Origin: Hemiscyllium ocellatum
Taxonomy: Eukaryota
Reading direction: 5' to 3'
Assembly: GCF_020745735.1 (NCBI RefSeq)
Contig: NC_083444.1
Coordinates: 7,632,338-7,696,337, forward strand
Length of the DNA: 64,000 bases
Shown here: piece after piece, positions 61,874-64,000 of the stretch
Numbering within the stretch: position 1 is the first letter of the stretch
How the letters are laid out: the number at the start of each line of letters is the position of its first letter
Position numbers and translations under genes: made by a program
The notes under the pieces: generated by a model
What the model was told of the DNA's origin: nothing
Seen by the model: only the letters and a program-made list of their open reading frames with translations
Database searches by the model: none

Positions 61874-63646
61874 GTAATTATTTGTAATCCCATTCATGAC
61901 ACACGCCACTCCCAGCTCCAAAACGGAACCGTTTGCATTTGTTTAGCACCGTGCATGTGGGAAAACATCAAACAGTGCTTTAAGATGGAGTTCCCAAACC
62001 CCCACCCGATTTCCCATCCCCAATATGAGGTTGCGAGGACGAATAGATGGAGAGTGAGAGTGAATAAGGGTTAGAGAGGGAATTCCAGAGATTGGGACCT
62101 AGACAGCTAAAGACACGGCCGCCATTGGTGGGGGGGAATGAAATGTATGAAGTCTGTCAGGTCACACTAGTGGAGCACAGAAACCATTGATAATAACGGA
62201 GCTGCAGGAGGTTACAGAGATAAAGAGGGGTGTAGGGGCTGGAGGAGATGACAGAGATAGTGAGGGGTGTAGAGCTGGAGGAGGGGACAGATAGGGAAGG
62301 ATAGGAGTTGGAGGAGGTTACAGACATAGGGAGGGTTTTAGGGGCTGGAGAAGATTACAGAAATAAGGAAGGGTATAGGGGCTGGAGGATTTATGGGTGG
62401 GCAATAAAGGCTGGCTCAGGAAATGATGGCCACATCTGTGTGGAGGTTGTACATTCCCTCTGGATGCTCCGGTTTCCTCCCACAGTCCAAAGATGTGCAG
62501 GTTAGGTGAATTGGCCATGCTTAAATTGTCAATTAGGTGCACTAGTCAGAGGGAAAAGGGGTTTGGGTGGGTTACTCTTTGGAGGGTCGGTGTGGACCTG
62601 TTGGGCTGAAGGGCTTGTTTCCACACTGTAGGGGAATCTAATCTAATCTGCGTGAAGGCAGTTTTAGAAAAAATCTAGAAATATTGCTGTGGAAACAGAC
62701 CGAATGCTTTCTGACAAACATCAGACCAGGACAGACTGGGAAGAATGCCAAAACATGAAGGGAAACACAATTTATACAGTTTGCAAAGGAAAATCTGACA
62801 ATCCATGTAATGCTGAACCCCTCAGCTAATCATCTGGGTTTGAATCTCAGCATGGCTGATGCCAAAATCTAAATCTGTTTGATAAAATGATCTTGAATTG
62901 CTGGGGGAGCAGCATGGAGACCACCCATGGAGACCTGATTCCGGACCCTCAACAATGGGCTTGATTCTAAACAGCCTCCTCGAACAGTTCCTAGCAAGTC
63001 CATGTTATCAAGGGGCAGTTAGGGATGGTCACCAAATGCCGATGATGTTGGGCAACAACTCTGTTAAGCTCCAGTGAATACGGACCCAACCCGACCATCT
63101 CTTCCTCATGTGATAAGCCCCTTCAAACTCAAGAGTCAGTCTGAGTGACCATAGGACCTTAAGATATGTCGGTAGAATTGGCCATTCCGTCTATCGGCTG
63201 CCATTGGCTGATAGGTTTCTCAACCGCATTCTCCCTGTAACCCTTGACTCCCCCTTACCAATCAAGAACCTATCTCTCTCTGAGTCATTGAGTTAAAGGC
63301 ACCCAATGACTCAGCCTCCACAGCTCTCTGCAGCAATGAGCTCCACAGAGTCACCACCCTCTAGTTGGAGACATTCCTCCTCATCTCAGTTCTAAAGGGT
63401 TGCCCCCTTCTCCCTGAGGCTGTGCTTTTGGGTCCTGGTCTCTCCTATTAATGGAAACATGTTTTCCACATCCATTCCATCCAGGCATCTCACCATCCAG
63501 TAAGATTTATTCAGTGAGCATTGTCACAACAACCTGGGTGTGTTTGGGGGCGGGGGTGGGGGGGGGGGGGGGGGGGGGGGGTTGTGATTGGTGGTGATGG
63601 TGGTGGTGAGGTGGGGTGCATTCTAACTGTATTCTGTTGTATTCAG

Positions 63647-63792
63647 AGGCAAACTCAGGCACCTGGGGGTTGACATGCGGTGTAATGATAACTCAACGAC
63701 CTATGCCCCTTTCAGTGGCAGACTGATAAAACGGGTCAATCCTTATAATAATGGCAATGCGATTGATAATGGAGTGATGATGAGAGGACAAG
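63647..63792 (+). CDS. LECT2: LECT2 coding exon 3 (146 nt, phase 2-1); exon 4 lies beyond the window
   Basis: Acceptor ttctgttgtattcag|, donor CAAG|gtgaga. Reads GKLRHLGVDMRCNDNSTTYAPFSGRLIKRVNPYNNGNAIDNGVMMRGQG, against human [47 protein letters not shown] (recalled). Contains the M23-type H-x-x-x-D zinc motif. Confidence 0.96.
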
Positions 63793-64000
63793 GTGAGACG
63801 CAGAGGGAGAGGGAGCGGACTGTCCCTCACAATGCACCCTCTCCATCTCCGTTTTACATCTGCCGCCTTTATCCTAAAGCTCTCATTCTAGCTTGCCCAG
63901 CATGGGGAAACATCCTCTCTACATTGACTTTGCTTGTCCTCTTTAGCATCTTATAGACCACAATTAGATCTCCTCTCATTCTAAACTGCACAGAGTATTG

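Larger units (their letters stand above)
9108..62648. mobile_element. Dispersed HE1-type tRNA-derived SINEs (span of copies, not one element). Plus: about 9108, 10775, 12146, 13516, 17695, 18240, 23740, 27010, 42320, 44093, 49181, 54720, 62410. Minus: about 8490-8635, 9440-9720, 11080-11375, 12450-12745, 26100-26360, 29380-29685, 52440-52740, 58185-58505
   Basis: Shared head (TGGCACAGTGGTTAGCACTGCTGCCTCACAG...GGTTCAATTCC), central ctgtgtggagtttgcacattctccccgtgtctgcg and tail gggccgaagggcctgtttccacactgta...(taatc)n. Confidence 0.92.

Noticed and set aside
63647-63727. Phase-1 reading ...GVMITQRPMPLSVAD* resembling an IgV A-strand
   Set aside because: Stops after 26 codons; the phase-2 reading is an unambiguous LECT2 match.

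Overview
Eukaryotic, repeat-dense vertebrate genomic DNA. The tRNA-headed HE1-type SINEs, CR1/L2/Rex-Babar LINE fragments and Penelope-like elements point to a cartilaginous fish (shark); this is inferred from the repeats alone. There is no CRISPR, rRNA or true tRNA. Two spliced immune genes can be rebuilt on the + strand from GT-AG signals and exon phases; the ORF track mostly misses them. (1) A single-IgV-domain type I membrane receptor of the CD28/CTLA4/ICOS/PD-1/TMIGD2 family: V exon 2685-3047, TM exon 6109-6237, cytoplasmic exons 8819-8991 and 17414-17584. Its tail has an ITIM (VLYSVI) and a second tyrosine motif (EIYSQI) 25 residues later, so it looks inhibitory. The leader exon was not found and probably lies upstream of the window. 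(2) LECT2, coding exons 1-3 (58828-58867, 61777-61873, 63647-63792), with exon 4 beyond the window end. The rest is transposon debris, minisatellites, a 6.6-kb GT-rich array and several assembly gaps. It includes clear local rearrangements: a SINE-mediated 1.37-kb tandem triplication, a near-perfect 184-bp palindrome with a 14-bp TSD, and two inverted duplications. Repeat boundaries were read by eye and are approximate.
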